Of a DNA stretch of 64,000 bases, positions 29,616-39,265 are shown one piece after another. Position 1 is the first letter of the stretch. Each line of letters opens with the position of its first letter. The notes beneath the pieces were generated by a model. The model saw only the letters and a program-made list of their open reading frames with translations, did not search any database and was not told where the DNA came from. The stretch lies in assembly GCA_050175015.1 (NCBI GenBank), contig JBFXJJ010000003.1, positions 64,001 through 128,000 on the forward strand, written 5' to 3'. The position numbers were made by a program, and so were the translations under genes. Source of the DNA: Alphaproteobacteria bacterium. GTDB lineage: Bacteria; Pseudomonadota; Alphaproteobacteria; JBFXJJ01.

Positions 29616-31318
29616 TCTTTTGGATTGTTTTGATTAACTAGTCTAATAAAAGCATCTTCTAAGGTTAAGTCGTCATCGTTTTTAAACTTTGCCATATTTT
29701 TAAGTTCATCAGGAGAACCTGTGGCAATATTTTTACCTTGATAAATTAAGCCAATCCGATCGCAGTATTCCGCTTCGTCCATAAAATGCGTTGTAACCAT
29801 AACGGTAACGCCCTTTTCAACCATAGCATTGATATGAAGCCAGAATTCTCTTCTGGTTAAGGGGTCTACTCCAGATGTAGGCTCATCAAGAAACAAGACA
29901 TCAGGTTGGTGCATAACAGCACAAGCAAGAGCTAAACGTTGTTTAAAACCTAAAGGCAGGTCATTAGCGCTGGAGGTTAGATGTTTTTCAAGAGCGAAAA
30001 GGCTTATCATTAAATCTATTTGGTGTTTTTGCCTTGATTTTGACAACCCGTAAAGGCCTGAAAAAAATTGAAGATTTTGCCTAACATTAAGATGACCGTA
30101 AAGAGAAAATTTTTGAGCCATATAACCTATTTTAGAGCGGGCTTTTGACGTTGATGTTTTGAGATCTAAACCCGCAACCAAAGCTTTGCCGCTTGTAGGC
30201 TGCAATAAACCGCACAGCATTTTAAAGGTTGTTGATTTCCCTGCTCCGTTTGGCCCAAGAAGACCAAATATTTCCCCACGTTTTATCTCGAAGCTATTGT
30301 TTTTAACTGCGGTAAAATCACCAAACTTTTTAGTTAGTTGATTGGCATTTATTGCAATAAGATTATCTTTCGGTTTTGAGGGCATTTCTTCAGCTAAATA
30401 AGATTTTTTAATTAGACAGCCGCCTAAAATATCAATGAAAGCGTCTTCAAATTTTGGTTTTGCAGTTCTCCAATTATTATTTTTAAATTGCGATTTTGTT
30501 TGAACCTCTTTTGTTACAACTCTTAATGACTTTCCCTGAATTATGCCGTCAATTACTTCATCGTCTTTAAGAATATCCAGTAAATAAGGTCTTTTTTTCG
30601 AATTTTCGACATCGGTAATTTGCCATACTCGGTTATCAACGCGATTTAAAAGATTTTCAGGACTACCGTCATAGAGTTTTTTGCCATCGTTTAGCAGCAA
30701 AACGCTGTCACATTTTTCGGCTTCATCAAGATAAGCTGTAGACCAAATTACAGCCATTCCATCTGATACCAGCTCTTTGACCATTTTCCATAACTCTCGG
30801 CGTGAAATTGGGTCAACACCAACACTTGGCTCATCAAGGAGCAAAAGCTCTGGTTCACCGATTAAGGCGCAGGCAAGTCCCAGTTTTTGTTTCATTCCTC
30901 CAGACAATTTGCCCGCTAATCGCTTTTGAAACGAAGTCAGTTCGGTAAATTTTAGTAGTTTAGAAAATTTTGCCTCTCTCAAATTTAAAGGAAGATTTCT
31001 TAAATCTGCATATAAATTTAAGTTTTCAATAACCGTTAAGTCTTCATAGAGCCCAAATTTTTGGGGCATATAGCCACTGATATTATGGATTTTACTTGTG
31101 TCTGATACTGCATTAAGGCCTTTTACTAATATCTCGCCATTATCTGAGGTCAATAATCCTATAATTAAGCGAATTAGAGTTGTTTTTCCCGCCCCATCTG
31201 GCCCCACAAGCCCAGTTATTCTTCCAGAAAAAATTTCAGCAGAAATGTTATCGATAGCCGATGTTTGACTTGCGTTAAATTTTTTTGTTATGCTGTCAAT
31301 AATAACAAAAGGTTCCAT
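29597..31318 (-). CDS. ybhF: ABC transporter with two ATPase domains
   Basis: Two Walker A motifs (GPDGAGKTT, GPNGAGKST); LSGGMKQKL; LPLGFKQRL. Confidence 0.92.
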   Translation of the reverse strand: MEPFVIIDSITKKFNASQTSAIDNISAEIFSGRITGLVGPDGAGKTTLIRLIIGLLTSDNGEILVKGLNAVSDTSKIHNISGYMPQKFGLYEDLTVIENLNLYADLRNLPLNLREAKFSKLLKFTELTSFQKRLAGKLSGGMKQKLGLACALIGEPELLLLDEPSVGVDPISRRELWKMVKELVSDGMAVIWSTAYLDEAEKCDSVLLLNDGKKLYDGSPENLLNRVDNRVWQITDVENSKKRPYLLDILKDDEVIDGIIQGKSLRVVTKEVQTKSQFKNNNWRTAKPKFEDAFIDILGGCLIKKSYLAEEMPSKPKDNLIAINANQLTKKFGDFTAVKNNSFEIKRGEIFGLLGPNGAGKSTTFKMLCGLLQPTSGKALVAGLDLKTSTSKARSKIGYMAQKFSLYGHLNVRQNLQFFSGLYGLSKSRQKHQIDLMISLFALEKHLTSSANDLPLGFKQRLALACAVMHQPDVLFLDEPTSGVDPLTRREFWLHINAMVEKGVTVMVTTHFMDEAEYCDRIGLIYQGKNIATGSPDELKNMAKFKNDDDLTLEDAFIRLVNQNNPKDWEKNL

Positions 31319-31321
31319 TTT

Positions 31322-32146
31322 CTAATCATTTTCTAAATAAATTGTAACAGGCATACCTTGTCTTAGTCCTTTATCAGGAGCATCTACAATTATTCTTAGT
31401 CGATAAACTAAATTTGTTCTAAGCTGGGTTGTTTCAACATTTTTAGGTGTAAATTCTGCTTGAGGAGAGATAAAACCAATTTGTCCTTGATAGTTGTTTC
31501 CAGAATCTGTTTTTATTACGGCCTTCATTCCAGAATAAATTTTTCCTAAATAAGGTTCTTCAATATATGTTCTAATCCATACAGGATTATCTAAAGCCAA
31601 AACCAAAACGGTATCACCCGCACTAACAATCGCTCCTTTCTCTTTAGCTCTTGTCAAAATAATTCCTGAAGAGGGCGAAAGCAATTTGCTGTCTTGATAT
31701 TTGGTTTTTGTTTGTTTTAATGAAGCTTTTACCGTATCCAGCCTAGCTTTAGTCTCATCTCTAAGCGCAAGGGCGTCATCATAATCACCTTGAGAAACCG
31801 CTCCCGTCTTTACTAGTTTTGACCTTCTTTCATAAAGTTTTATAGCATTGTTATAAGACGCTTCAGCTTCAGCGACTTCGGCATTTCTAAGAGACAATTC
31901 ATCTTCAAATGGTTCTTGGTCTAAAACCGCTAAAAGAGAGCCTTCTGAAACAAGATCTCCTTCTTCAACATTGATAGCATCAATTTTACCAGAAACTCTA
32001 AAACCAAGGGCAACGTCTCGGATATCAACGTTGCCAAACAAAGTTAAGGCTTCACTTTTTTCTCTTGTTAATGTTTTCTGATAGCTAAACACGAGCAGAA
32101 CAGAAACAAAAATAATGGATCCAATCAAAAATAGTTTTTTCTTCAT
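31322..32146 (-). CDS. ybhG: HlyD-family membrane fusion protein
   Basis: GNVDIR, FISPQAEFTPKNVET, LRQGMPVT. Confidence 0.9.
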   Translation of the reverse strand: MKKKLFLIGSIIFVSVLLVFSYQKTLTREKSEALTLFGNVDIRDVALGFRVSGKIDAINVEEGDLVSEGSLLAVLDQEPFEDELSLRNAEVAEAEASYNNAIKLYERRSKLVKTGAVSQGDYDDALALRDETKARLDTVKASLKQTKTKYQDSKLLSPSSGIILTRAKEKGAIVSAGDTVLVLALDNPVWIRTYIEEPYLGKIYSGMKAVIKTDSGNNYQGQIGFISPQAEFTPKNVETTQLRTNLVYRLRIIVDAPDKGLRQGMPVTIYLEND

Positions 32147-32158
32147 TATGATTAATCC

Positions 32159-32881
32159 TTAAATTAATTGTTTGATATTTAAACAAGCTTCAGTATGAGC
32201 AAGAATTACTTTGTGTATGATTTCTATCTGAGATTCATTTAGTTTCTTTGTTCCCATTTGGCGCATAAAGCTTGAGCGAGCAACAAAAAAACCTAGAATT
32301 TGTCCTATAAATGCTTGGCATCTTACTTTTGCTTCATCACTTTCAGGATTTATTTGTGTGCATAGACCAATCATTGTTGTGATTAATTCTTGCATAGGCT
32401 TTATTTGTCTGGAGTAAACTATTTCAAAAGCCGGAGAAGGGTTTGATTGTTCTCTAAGCATTATTTGCAGCCACGATTTTGTATCATCAGTTTCAACAAA
32501 CATAGCGACAATTTTTTCTATGATACTTTTAAAAAGTTGCTTGGCTTTCAATAAATCAGGTTGAGGCTGGTTTAAAATATATTTTAATTCATCACGAACA
32601 CTTCCTGTATTATCGACTATACGATCAACGATATATTCAATAACTGCTTTATAAAGTTGTTCTTTGCTGCCGAAATAATAGGGAATAGAAGCAAGGTTAA
32701 CTTTTGCATAATTGGTCAACATACGAGTTGATGTGCCTTTATATCCATATTCTCCAAATAGATTAATTCCAGCAATAATAAGCTTATATTTGGTATCTTT
32801 TTGTCCTTTGCCAAAGGACACTAGTGCTTTGGAGGATTTCTTTGAAGCTGTTTTTTGTGAAGTTTCTCTGTTTTTTTCCAT
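32159..32881 (-). CDS. cecR: TetR-family regulator with DUF1956 C-terminus (CecR/YbiH-like)
   Basis: HTH ...VNLASIPYYFGSKEQLY; REQSNPSPAF; heads the ybhGFSR operon. Confidence 0.85.
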   Translation of the reverse strand: MEKNRETSQKTASKKSSKALVSFGKGQKDTKYKLIIAGINLFGEYGYKGTSTRMLTNYAKVNLASIPYYFGSKEQLYKAVIEYIVDRIVDNTGSVRDELKYILNQPQPDLLKAKQLFKSIIEKIVAMFVETDDTKSWLQIMLREQSNPSPAFEIVYSRQIKPMQELITTMIGLCTQINPESDEAKVRCQAFIGQILGFFVARSSFMRQMGTKKLNESQIEIIHKVILAHTEACLNIKQLI

Positions 32882-32973
32882 TTTTTAATACTCTCTAGAT
32901 TAAGAGATGGTTTTTTGTTATCCAAAGTTTCCCATTGACTTTGTTACCATTGTTTCCCTTATATTCTATTATC

Positions 32974-33026
32974 ATTTTAAGTCATTCGAATGACTTGGTC
33001 AAATGTATAATTCATACGAATGACTT
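32974..33026 (-). promoter_or_regulatory. cecR promoter with two TetR-type operators
   Basis: Perfect palindrome AAGTCATTCGAATGACTT (32979-32996) fills the spacer of TTGACC-N17-TAAAAT; 16/18 copy at 33009-33026. Confidence 0.8.
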
Positions 33027-33096
33027 AGTTTGAGAAATGTTAATAAATGTTTTTTAACGCTATGTTTTAAACTGGTGGTAAGAAATTACATAAAAG

Positions 33097-34146
33097 CTAA
33101 AACACTTTTTGATTAAAAACATTTTGCATAATGTACATTGACACAAAACATACTGAGCAAGAGATTATGGGGGACGTTATCCAAGCGAGTCCAATATGGC
33201 TTAACGATTTCCATCTTAAGCCGCTGCCTTTTTGCAGTAATGCTATGCCGATAATAGCTCCAATTACTGCTTCTGAGCTGGAAACAGGAACGAGCGGGAT
33301 AGGCGGCAGGTTGTGTTCTATAAGAAAGTTTTTTAATTCCTTAGATGAAAAAATGAAAAGAACCAAAGAATGAGCCATTACTACAACCCAAGCGGCAATC
33401 GGCGATAGGTCTAGCAAGCCACTACCTACAGTTTGAATCACTTTTTTAGAATATGTTATTACGCCAACGGCTATAGCTAGTCCTCCAAGCAAGAAAAGCA
33501 CTTGTTCGGGAGCAAGAGTTAGAAAATCAAATAGAGTTAATTGGGGCAGGGGTGATGATTTAACAAAGACACCCATTACATTAGCGATGTTATTTGCTCC
33601 TAAGGAATAGGCTCCAAAAGCTCCCGCAATGATAAGAGCAATTCTCGTGTATAAATCCATATAAAGCATAGGTATGGGAAATTTTTTAAATATTAATTTT
33701 ATTGAAAGCATTAAGATTACGGAAAAAGTTGCGGCAAGGATAGGACTGGCTATCCAAGCTGAGAAAACTTTTAAAACGGAGTCCATATCTGCGCTTTTAC
33801 CTGTAAATAAGCTCCAGCCGAGAATGCTGCCAAAGATAGCTTGCGTTGTTGAAACGGGAATACCTATTTTAGTCATAACAAAAACAGATAAACCCGCAGC
33901 AAAAGCCGCAACAAAAGCCCCAGCAAGTGTTTCGATAACAGCCAGCTTTCCAATCGTATGAGCGGCATCGCTTCCTCCTATAACAGCGCCTAAAACTACA
34001 AATATGCTGCAAATAACCGCCGCCGTTGGAAATTTAATCATACGAGAGCCGACAGCTGTTCCAAAAACGTTGCCCATTAAATTGGCACCTAAAGCCCAGC
34101 CGAGGAAAAGACCGCTGGTTAGGTAGAAAAGTGTTGAAAAATGCAA
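33097..34146 (-). CDS. PiT-family inorganic phosphate transporter
   Basis: GANLMGNVFGTAVG and GANNIAN repeats, PVSTTQ / PVSSSE; TTG start with SD GAGGG. Confidence 0.9.
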   Translation of the reverse strand: MHFSTLFYLTSGLFLGWALGANLMGNVFGTAVGSRMIKFPTAAVICSIFVVLGAVIGGSDAAHTIGKLAVIETLAGAFVAAFAAGLSVFVMTKIGIPVSTTQAIFGSILGWSLFTGKSADMDSVLKVFSAWIASPILAATFSVILMLSIKLIFKKFPIPMLYMDLYTRIALIIAGAFGAYSLGANNIANVMGVFVKSSPLPQLTLFDFLTLAPEQVLFLLGGLAIAVGVITYSKKVIQTVGSGLLDLSPIAAWVVVMAHSLVLFIFSSKELKNFLIEHNLPPIPLVPVSSSEAVIGAIIGIALLQKGSGLRWKSLSHIGLAWITSPIISCSVCFVSMYIMQNVFNQKVF

Positions 34147-34159
34147 TTTATATCCCTCT

Positions 34160-34822
34160 TTAAGCTATTCTTTTTATTGTAAAAATTGTTAATTTATCTG
34201 TTATGTTAGCAGCTAGATGGGTGATTTCATTAATTGAGTTACCAAGAGATCTTATTTGAGATTTATGGATTAATTCTAACTCATTGTTTTCAAATAGAGC
34301 TTTTTGAAAAATAGAGCAGGTTTTAGCGCTTTCTTCTTTTAGAAAAACGACATTATAGATATGTGATTTTACTTCGGTTATATTTTTGAAAAAAGCCTTG
34401 CTGGATTTGACTAAACTTTCTGTGCAGTTGGTAACCGCTTCGGTTATATCATTGAAATACTCTGCATAAGATTCTGGAATCACAGGTTTTTCGATTGATA
34501 TTTGTAGCAATATGCTTTCATACTTGTTTAATATCTTATCTAAGCTTTCAATTAAGGTAAGAACGTCGCCTCTTGAATCAGGAATTAGAGTATAAGAAAA
34601 AAGGTTAGTTTCAATTTCACGGCGCAAGTCATCATTGGTTGCTTCATATTTTTGAACCATAGCAAAAGCCGTATTAAAATTGGTTGAAATGCCTTCTTCA
34701 AGGTAATAGTTTACTGCATCTTTAAAAGCAGATCCTGCTTCGCAAAGATTATTGTTAAACTGTGCAATTTTAAAATCTAAACTTCTGGTTATCTTAAACC
34801 AGCTAAAAAGCGGCATAAACAT
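34160..34822 (-). CDS. DUF47 / PhoU-like phosphate transport regulator
   Basis: DDLRREIE...LIPDSRGDVLTLIESLD; adjacent to the PiT gene. Confidence 0.85.
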   Translation of the reverse strand: MFMPLFSWFKITRSLDFKIAQFNNNLCEAGSAFKDAVNYYLEEGISTNFNTAFAMVQKYEATNDDLRREIETNLFSYTLIPDSRGDVLTLIESLDKILNKYESILLQISIEKPVIPESYAEYFNDITEAVTNCTESLVKSSKAFFKNITEVKSHIYNVVFLKEESAKTCSIFQKALFENNELELIHKSQIRSLGNSINEITHLAANITDKLTIFTIKRIA

Positions 34823-34986
34823 TGCTGGAATCCTGATTTTTTGGAAAGAAATATCATAACAGGAAAAGACAATGTAAAGCTAAGGTGCAGAGGTATAGTT
34901 CTTTGGTTCTTAAGGCGTATTTATACTACTTAAGAGGTATCAGATATCTTTTTGGGTATAGAATTAATCAGGACAACCGTTTCATA

Positions 34987-35604
34987 TTATAAGTTATCTT
35001 CATTAAATTTTTTTATAGCTTGGACACGATTAGAAACGCCCAGTTTACGATAGATATTTCGCAAGTGGACTTTAACCGTTACTTCTCTTATGCCCAATGA
35101 TTTAGCAATTTCTTTGTTAGAAAAACCTTGGGACAAAAGATTAACAACGCCTGTTTCTCGTTCGGAAATATTGCTTGTTTTATGCGATGAATTATCAAGT
35201 ATGATTTGTGATGGAATATAGGTCTCTCCAGACAAAATAAGCTGGAGTGCAAAAACCATAGCTTCACCTTTCATATTTTTAGGAATGAATCCTCTAACAC
35301 CAAGTTTAACGGCCTCGTTAATATCAATATCATTAACAAAACCGCTCATTATCACAACAGGAGCAGGGGCAAATTTTTCAATAATTTGTTTTATAGAAAA
35401 AAGCCCATTCATTCCAGGCATACGGAGGTCAGCTAGGACTAAGTCAAATTGACTATTTGGGAAAGCAATAAGCTGGAAAAAATCGCAAGCTTCTTCAATT
35501 ATCGTCTGCCCTTTTGAAAGCATATTTATAAAAGGTGCAAGTCCATCTCTGATAAGGTCGTGATCGTCAGCTATTAGAACTTTTATATTGTTTTTCCCAA
35601 ACAT
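34987..35604 (-). CDS. NarL/LuxR-family response regulator
   Basis: IADDH, DLRMPGMNG, C-terminal GFSNKEIAKSLGIREVTVKVH. Confidence 0.95.
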   Translation of the reverse strand: MFGKNNIKVLIADDHDLIRDGLAPFINMLSKGQTIIEEACDFFQLIAFPNSQFDLVLADLRMPGMNGLFSIKQIIEKFAPAPVVIMSGFVNDIDINEAVKLGVRGFIPKNMKGEAMVFALQLILSGETYIPSQIILDNSSHKTSNISERETGVVNLLSQGFSNKEIAKSLGIREVTVKVHLRNIYRKLGVSNRVQAIKKFNEDNL

Positions 35605-37582
35605 TTTTTACCTTTGTTATTAATTCTTGTCGTGATATTGGTTTAATCATTACGACGGCGTCATTAGCATAGAGTTCTTTGCAGGTTTTATCAATTTCGT
35701 GAAAATCTAAGTGTCCAGAAACCAATATTATCGGCAGGTCATCATTATACAGTTTGAGTTCTTGTACTAAGTCAAAACCGTTTTCTAAGCCAATTTTAAT
35801 ATCAGTTATTAAAATATCGCAAGGATCATTTTCAAAACAAGATATGGCGGAAGATAAATTTTCAGCAGTTGAAACTCTAAAGCCTTCGTTTTCTAAACAT
35901 TCGCTCATTGCGGAGAGAGCGTCAATTTCATCATCAACAACAAGGATATGAGGCGTTTCAGGTTCTATCGGCTCATCTCTAGGGATATTTTCAAACTTGG
36001 AATTATTCATATAATGAGGAAGTTTTATAATAAAAGATGTGCCTTCTGATAATTTGGCAGCGGCAATGGAACCGTTCATTGATTTAATAATGTCATAACA
36101 TAAGGCAAGCCCAAGTCCTAAACCATTTCCGCTTTTTTTGGTTGTAAAAAAGCGTTTAAATAAGCGTTTCAAATGGCGTCTATCAATATTCGCCCCATTA
36201 TTTGTTATTTCAAGAATAATGGTTGTTTGGTTTTCAGCCAGTGATAAATTTAATGTGATTTGCCCTTTCTCTGTATTTTCAGGAAATTTTTCATTAATAG
36301 CGTCTCTTGCATTGAGTAAGATGTTGATTATAACTTGTTCAAGCTTAATTTGTTGTCCTTTAGTGTAGTAATCATTACCAGAAACGGAGCTTATAACCCT
36401 GATTTCCCGACGAACCTGATTAAACATATTAAGAGCATTCAAGATGGCATCTCTGGCAGAAAAGACCACATCATCTCCGCCATCTTTTCGAGCAAAAACT
36501 CTTACGTGGTCTATGATTTTGCTCATTCGCATAGCTTGTTCTGCGATAATTTTTAGATTTTTTTCTAATGTAGTATCTTCAATAAAATGATTTTTTTGCT
36601 TTTCTAAAATCAAATTTTCGGCTTTTAAATTTATAATATTCAATGGTTGGTTTAGTTCATGGGCAAGCCCCGCAGAAGTTTCACCAAGGCTTGCGAGGCG
36701 AGCGTTTTGAAGCCGCTGAATTTGAAGAATGTGGAGATACTTTATTAAAAGAAAATAGACTAAAGCAGCACTTAAAGCCGAAAATAAGGAAATAATAAAC
36801 TCTATCGGCGAGACTAAGCTCGAGACAGGTTTAAATTCAAACTGCCAGTTTCTAGAGCCGATTTCTAATTTGGCAGTAAAAGTATTCTGACTAAAATTAG
36901 GTAAGATGCGGCTGCTGTTTTTAATACGTGATTTATGAAATCCTAGAATTATAGGAGCCTTATCAGTTGCAATGTCTTTAATTGTTATATCAAGCCCAGC
37001 AGGAGTATCGTGCCTGTTTAAAACGGCTCTTAAAAGACCGTCAATGTCAAAGACGCCGACAATAAAGCGGTCTTTTTTGCTTGTTTCCGAAAAGGGATAA
37101 ACAAAGAGCATCATATTTCCCGAAAAATCGTGCTTAGAAAAAGGTTCAGACATTACAGCTTGATTGTTTTTCATCGCTTTAAAAGAGGTTGTTTCTAACA
37201 AAAATGAATAATTTTCGGGAACATAAGAAAAAAAGTCTTTGGTTTTCCATATAATAGATGTTTGGGCTTTGCTGTTGGTTACAGCTGAAGCTACAGCTTT
37301 CAAGGTTTCATTATCTTCAGTTATAATTTCACCAAAGATTTCATAGTTTCTTTGATTCTCGGAAGGGGGTATTTTTCGACTGAATATTTCTATTATTTTT
37401 ATTGTATGAACGTTTTTGCCTAAGACTTGACCAACTGTTTGCATATAATCAAGGACAATCTTTTCGTGTCTTTTTACCGCAATCCCATTGAAAGACATAA
37501 AAACCACAAAGAAGATAGCAAAGCTTAAAATGATGCCTAGAAGTAAAAGAGCATATTTTTTGGGTTTTATTGCAAGGTTCAT
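35567..37582 (-). CDS. Hybrid sensor histidine kinase (periplasmic sensor, HisKA-HATPase, receiver)
   Basis: Two TM segments; AHELNQPL H-box; NARDA; GLGLGL; C-terminal VVDDE...TD receiver. Confidence 0.93.
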   Translation of the reverse strand: MNLAIKPKKYALLLLGIILSFAIFFVVFMSFNGIAVKRHEKIVLDYMQTVGQVLGKNVHTIKIIEIFSRKIPPSENQRNYEIFGEIITEDNETLKAVASAVTNSKAQTSIIWKTKDFFSYVPENYSFLLETTSFKAMKNNQAVMSEPFSKHDFSGNMMLFVYPFSETSKKDRFIVGVFDIDGLLRAVLNRHDTPAGLDITIKDIATDKAPIILGFHKSRIKNSSRILPNFSQNTFTAKLEIGSRNWQFEFKPVSSLVSPIEFIISLFSALSAALVYFLLIKYLHILQIQRLQNARLASLGETSAGLAHELNQPLNIINLKAENLILEKQKNHFIEDTTLEKNLKIIAEQAMRMSKIIDHVRVFARKDGGDDVVFSARDAILNALNMFNQVRREIRVISSVSGNDYYTKGQQIKLEQVIINILLNARDAINEKFPENTEKGQITLNLSLAENQTTIILEITNNGANIDRRHLKRLFKRFFTTKKSGNGLGLGLALCYDIIKSMNGSIAAAKLSEGTSFIIKLPHYMNNSKFENIPRDEPIEPETPHILVVDDEIDALSAMSECLENEGFRVSTAENLSSAISCFENDPCDILITDIKIGLENGFDLVQELKLYNDDLPIILVSGHLDFHEIDKTCKELYANDAVVMIKPISRQELITKVKNVWEKQYKSSNS

Positions 37583-37666
37583 TTAGTTTTCTCTTTAATA
37601 TTTCTTAATATATTGAAAAGATTATAAGCTTGTTTTCCATTTTAAAAAAGTTTATATTAAATAGCA

Positions 37667-37817
37667 ATGGTCAGCAGTTCACCAAGGCTTCGCCGTCGTT
37701 GAAAACGATATGCTAAACCTGCTTTGCTTTATTTTTAACCGACATCTTTTCTTGTGCCGTGTTAGAAAGGCGAACCCTAACAATCATTAATTTTTACGGC
37801 ACATAATAAGAGAGGAT
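37667..37817 (+). promoter_or_regulatory. Structured 5' leader with uORF MVSSSPRLRRR (37667-37702) and SD-sequestering stem, upstream of the DUF2087 gene
   Basis: Promoter TTGTTT-N17-TATATT just upstream; stem 37744-37760 pairs with 37796-37817 (contains SD GAGG); loop GGCGAA complementary to TTCGCC in the uORF. Confidence 0.65.
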
Positions 37818-37822
37818 TTGTT

Positions 37823-38395
37823 ATGGTTAAAACAACTATACCTTTTTATTGTGAAGATATTTCACAACTGGCAAAGTCAATTACAGCACAGCTTAAGACA
37901 TTTGAAAAAAGCCCAAGTCATTTGGAAGTTTTAAATATTTTAGCCAAAGCCAAAGGTTTTCGCAATTTTCAGCATTTTAAAGCTAGCGATATTTCAGATT
38001 TAGAAAAACCTGAAGATAACACTGCTAATGAAATATCATTAGAAAATCATAATGCTGATTCAGAAATTGATGAAGCTAAGATTAAAAAAATTATGAGATA
38101 TTTTGATAATGATATGCGTCTTATCAGATGGCCATCAAAAGAAAGTCATAGGTTGTTATGTATCTGGGTTTTATGGTCAAATATTAATTCTAAGCAGAGT
38201 TTCAGCGAAAAAGAGATTAGTTCAAAGTTAGATGAAATGCATCTTTTTGGTGATTATGCCTTACTTCGCCGCTGGCTTTGTGATTATGGGCTAATGACCA
38301 GAAACAGTGATGGCAGCAATTATCAAAGGGTTGAATTGGTTCCATCTGTAGAAGTCAAAGCTTTAATTAAAGCCTTGAAAATGCGTAAAGGTTAA
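37823..38395 (+). CDS. DUF2087-domain protein
   Basis: SHLEVLNILAKAKGFRNFQHF N-terminal motif; RWPSK...SEKEI...FGDYALLRRWLCDYGLMTRNSDGSNYQR. Confidence 0.85.
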   Translation: MVKTTIPFYCEDISQLAKSITAQLKTFEKSPSHLEVLNILAKAKGFRNFQHFKASDISDLEKPEDNTANEISLENHNADSEIDEAKIKKIMRYFDNDMRLIRWPSKESHRLLCIWVLWSNINSKQSFSEKEISSKLDEMHLFGDYALLRRWLCDYGLMTRNSDGSNYQRVELVPSVEVKALIKALKMRKG

Positions 38396-38404
38396 TCAAA
38401 ACAG

Positions 38405-38447
38405 AAAAATACCCTGCTTATGATCTTAATTAGGCAGGGTATTTTTT
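38405..38447. terminator. Bidirectional intrinsic terminator
   Basis: AAAAATACCCTGCTTA...TAGGCAGGGTATTTTTT. Confidence 0.8.
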
Positions 38448-38546
38448 ATGTAGTTTAAAACCGCGATTTAGAAAAAATAAAGGCCGCTTTAATTAATTAT
38501 GGTTATGAGTGCAACTAGGCGTAAAGTTTCTCACGCTTACTTTTGT

Positions 38547-39119
38547 TTAGGCATTAAATTTGCTTGTTATTTCGGCAACCCGTTGTCCAAATAGTTTGGC
38601 TGTTTCAATATCGCCTTTGGTTGGAGCTTCTTCAGGAGAGGAATCTGACGGCGATTGAGCGTAAGCACCAGAAAAACTTCCTAACCAGTTAATATCATCT
38701 CTTGCAGCAGATTTTTTGTTAGATGGCATTAAACCCGTTCCAACCCAAACCATACTATGCTGCATTGCAAAAGTTTGAAGATATGACATCGTGGAAAACT
38801 TATCACCATTTAAAGAGGCTGAATTGGTGAAGCCGCCTGCAACTTTGTTTTTCCATTTTTGTTCAAACCATCTTTTAGAGCTGTCATCGGCAAATTTTTT
38901 AAACTGCCATGATACCGAACCCATATAAGTTGGACTTCCAAAAATTATGGCTTGGCATGCATCGAGTTCTTGCCATTCTTGCTCTGTAAGATTTCCATCT
39001 TTGCTTATTTCATAAAGTTTAACATCAGGGTTAAGCGCTTTTGCCCCAGAAGCTACGGCTTCTGCCTGATTTTTTGTATGTCCATATCCACTAAAAAAGA
39101 CAACAGCTATTTTAATCAT
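38547..39119 (-). CDS. WrbA-like flavodoxin family protein
   Basis: FSGYGHT, IFGSPTYMG, GGFTNSASLNGDK. Confidence 0.92.
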   Translation of the reverse strand: MIKIAVVFFSGYGHTKNQAEAVASGAKALNPDVKLYEISKDGNLTEQEWQELDACQAIIFGSPTYMGSVSWQFKKFADDSSKRWFEQKWKNKVAGGFTNSASLNGDKFSTMSYLQTFAMQHSMVWVGTGLMPSNKKSAARDDINWLGSFSGAYAQSPSDSSPEEAPTKGDIETAKLFGQRVAEITSKFNA

Positions 39120-39211
39120 AAAATTTCCCCCTTATATAAAATTATTTAATCAAAAAAAGTTTATTTAAGTTATATAGTATCAAAAATTGAAAAAGGTAGG
39201 GCTAAGAAGAA

Positions 39212-39255
39212 ATAAAAAAACAGCTTTAGGAATAATATCTAAAGCTGTTTTTATT
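39212..39255 (-). terminator. Terminator closing the virD4-proximal minus-strand cluster
   Basis: AAAAACAGCTTTAG...CTAAAGCTGTTTTT. Confidence 0.75.
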
Positions 39256-39265
39256 TTTGTTTAAA

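Noticed and set aside
37660-37730. Known riboswitch class (fluoride, c-di-GMP, cobalamin, guanidine) for the DUF2087 leader
   Set aside because: Core consensus elements of these classes could not be matched by eye; kept as an unclassified leader
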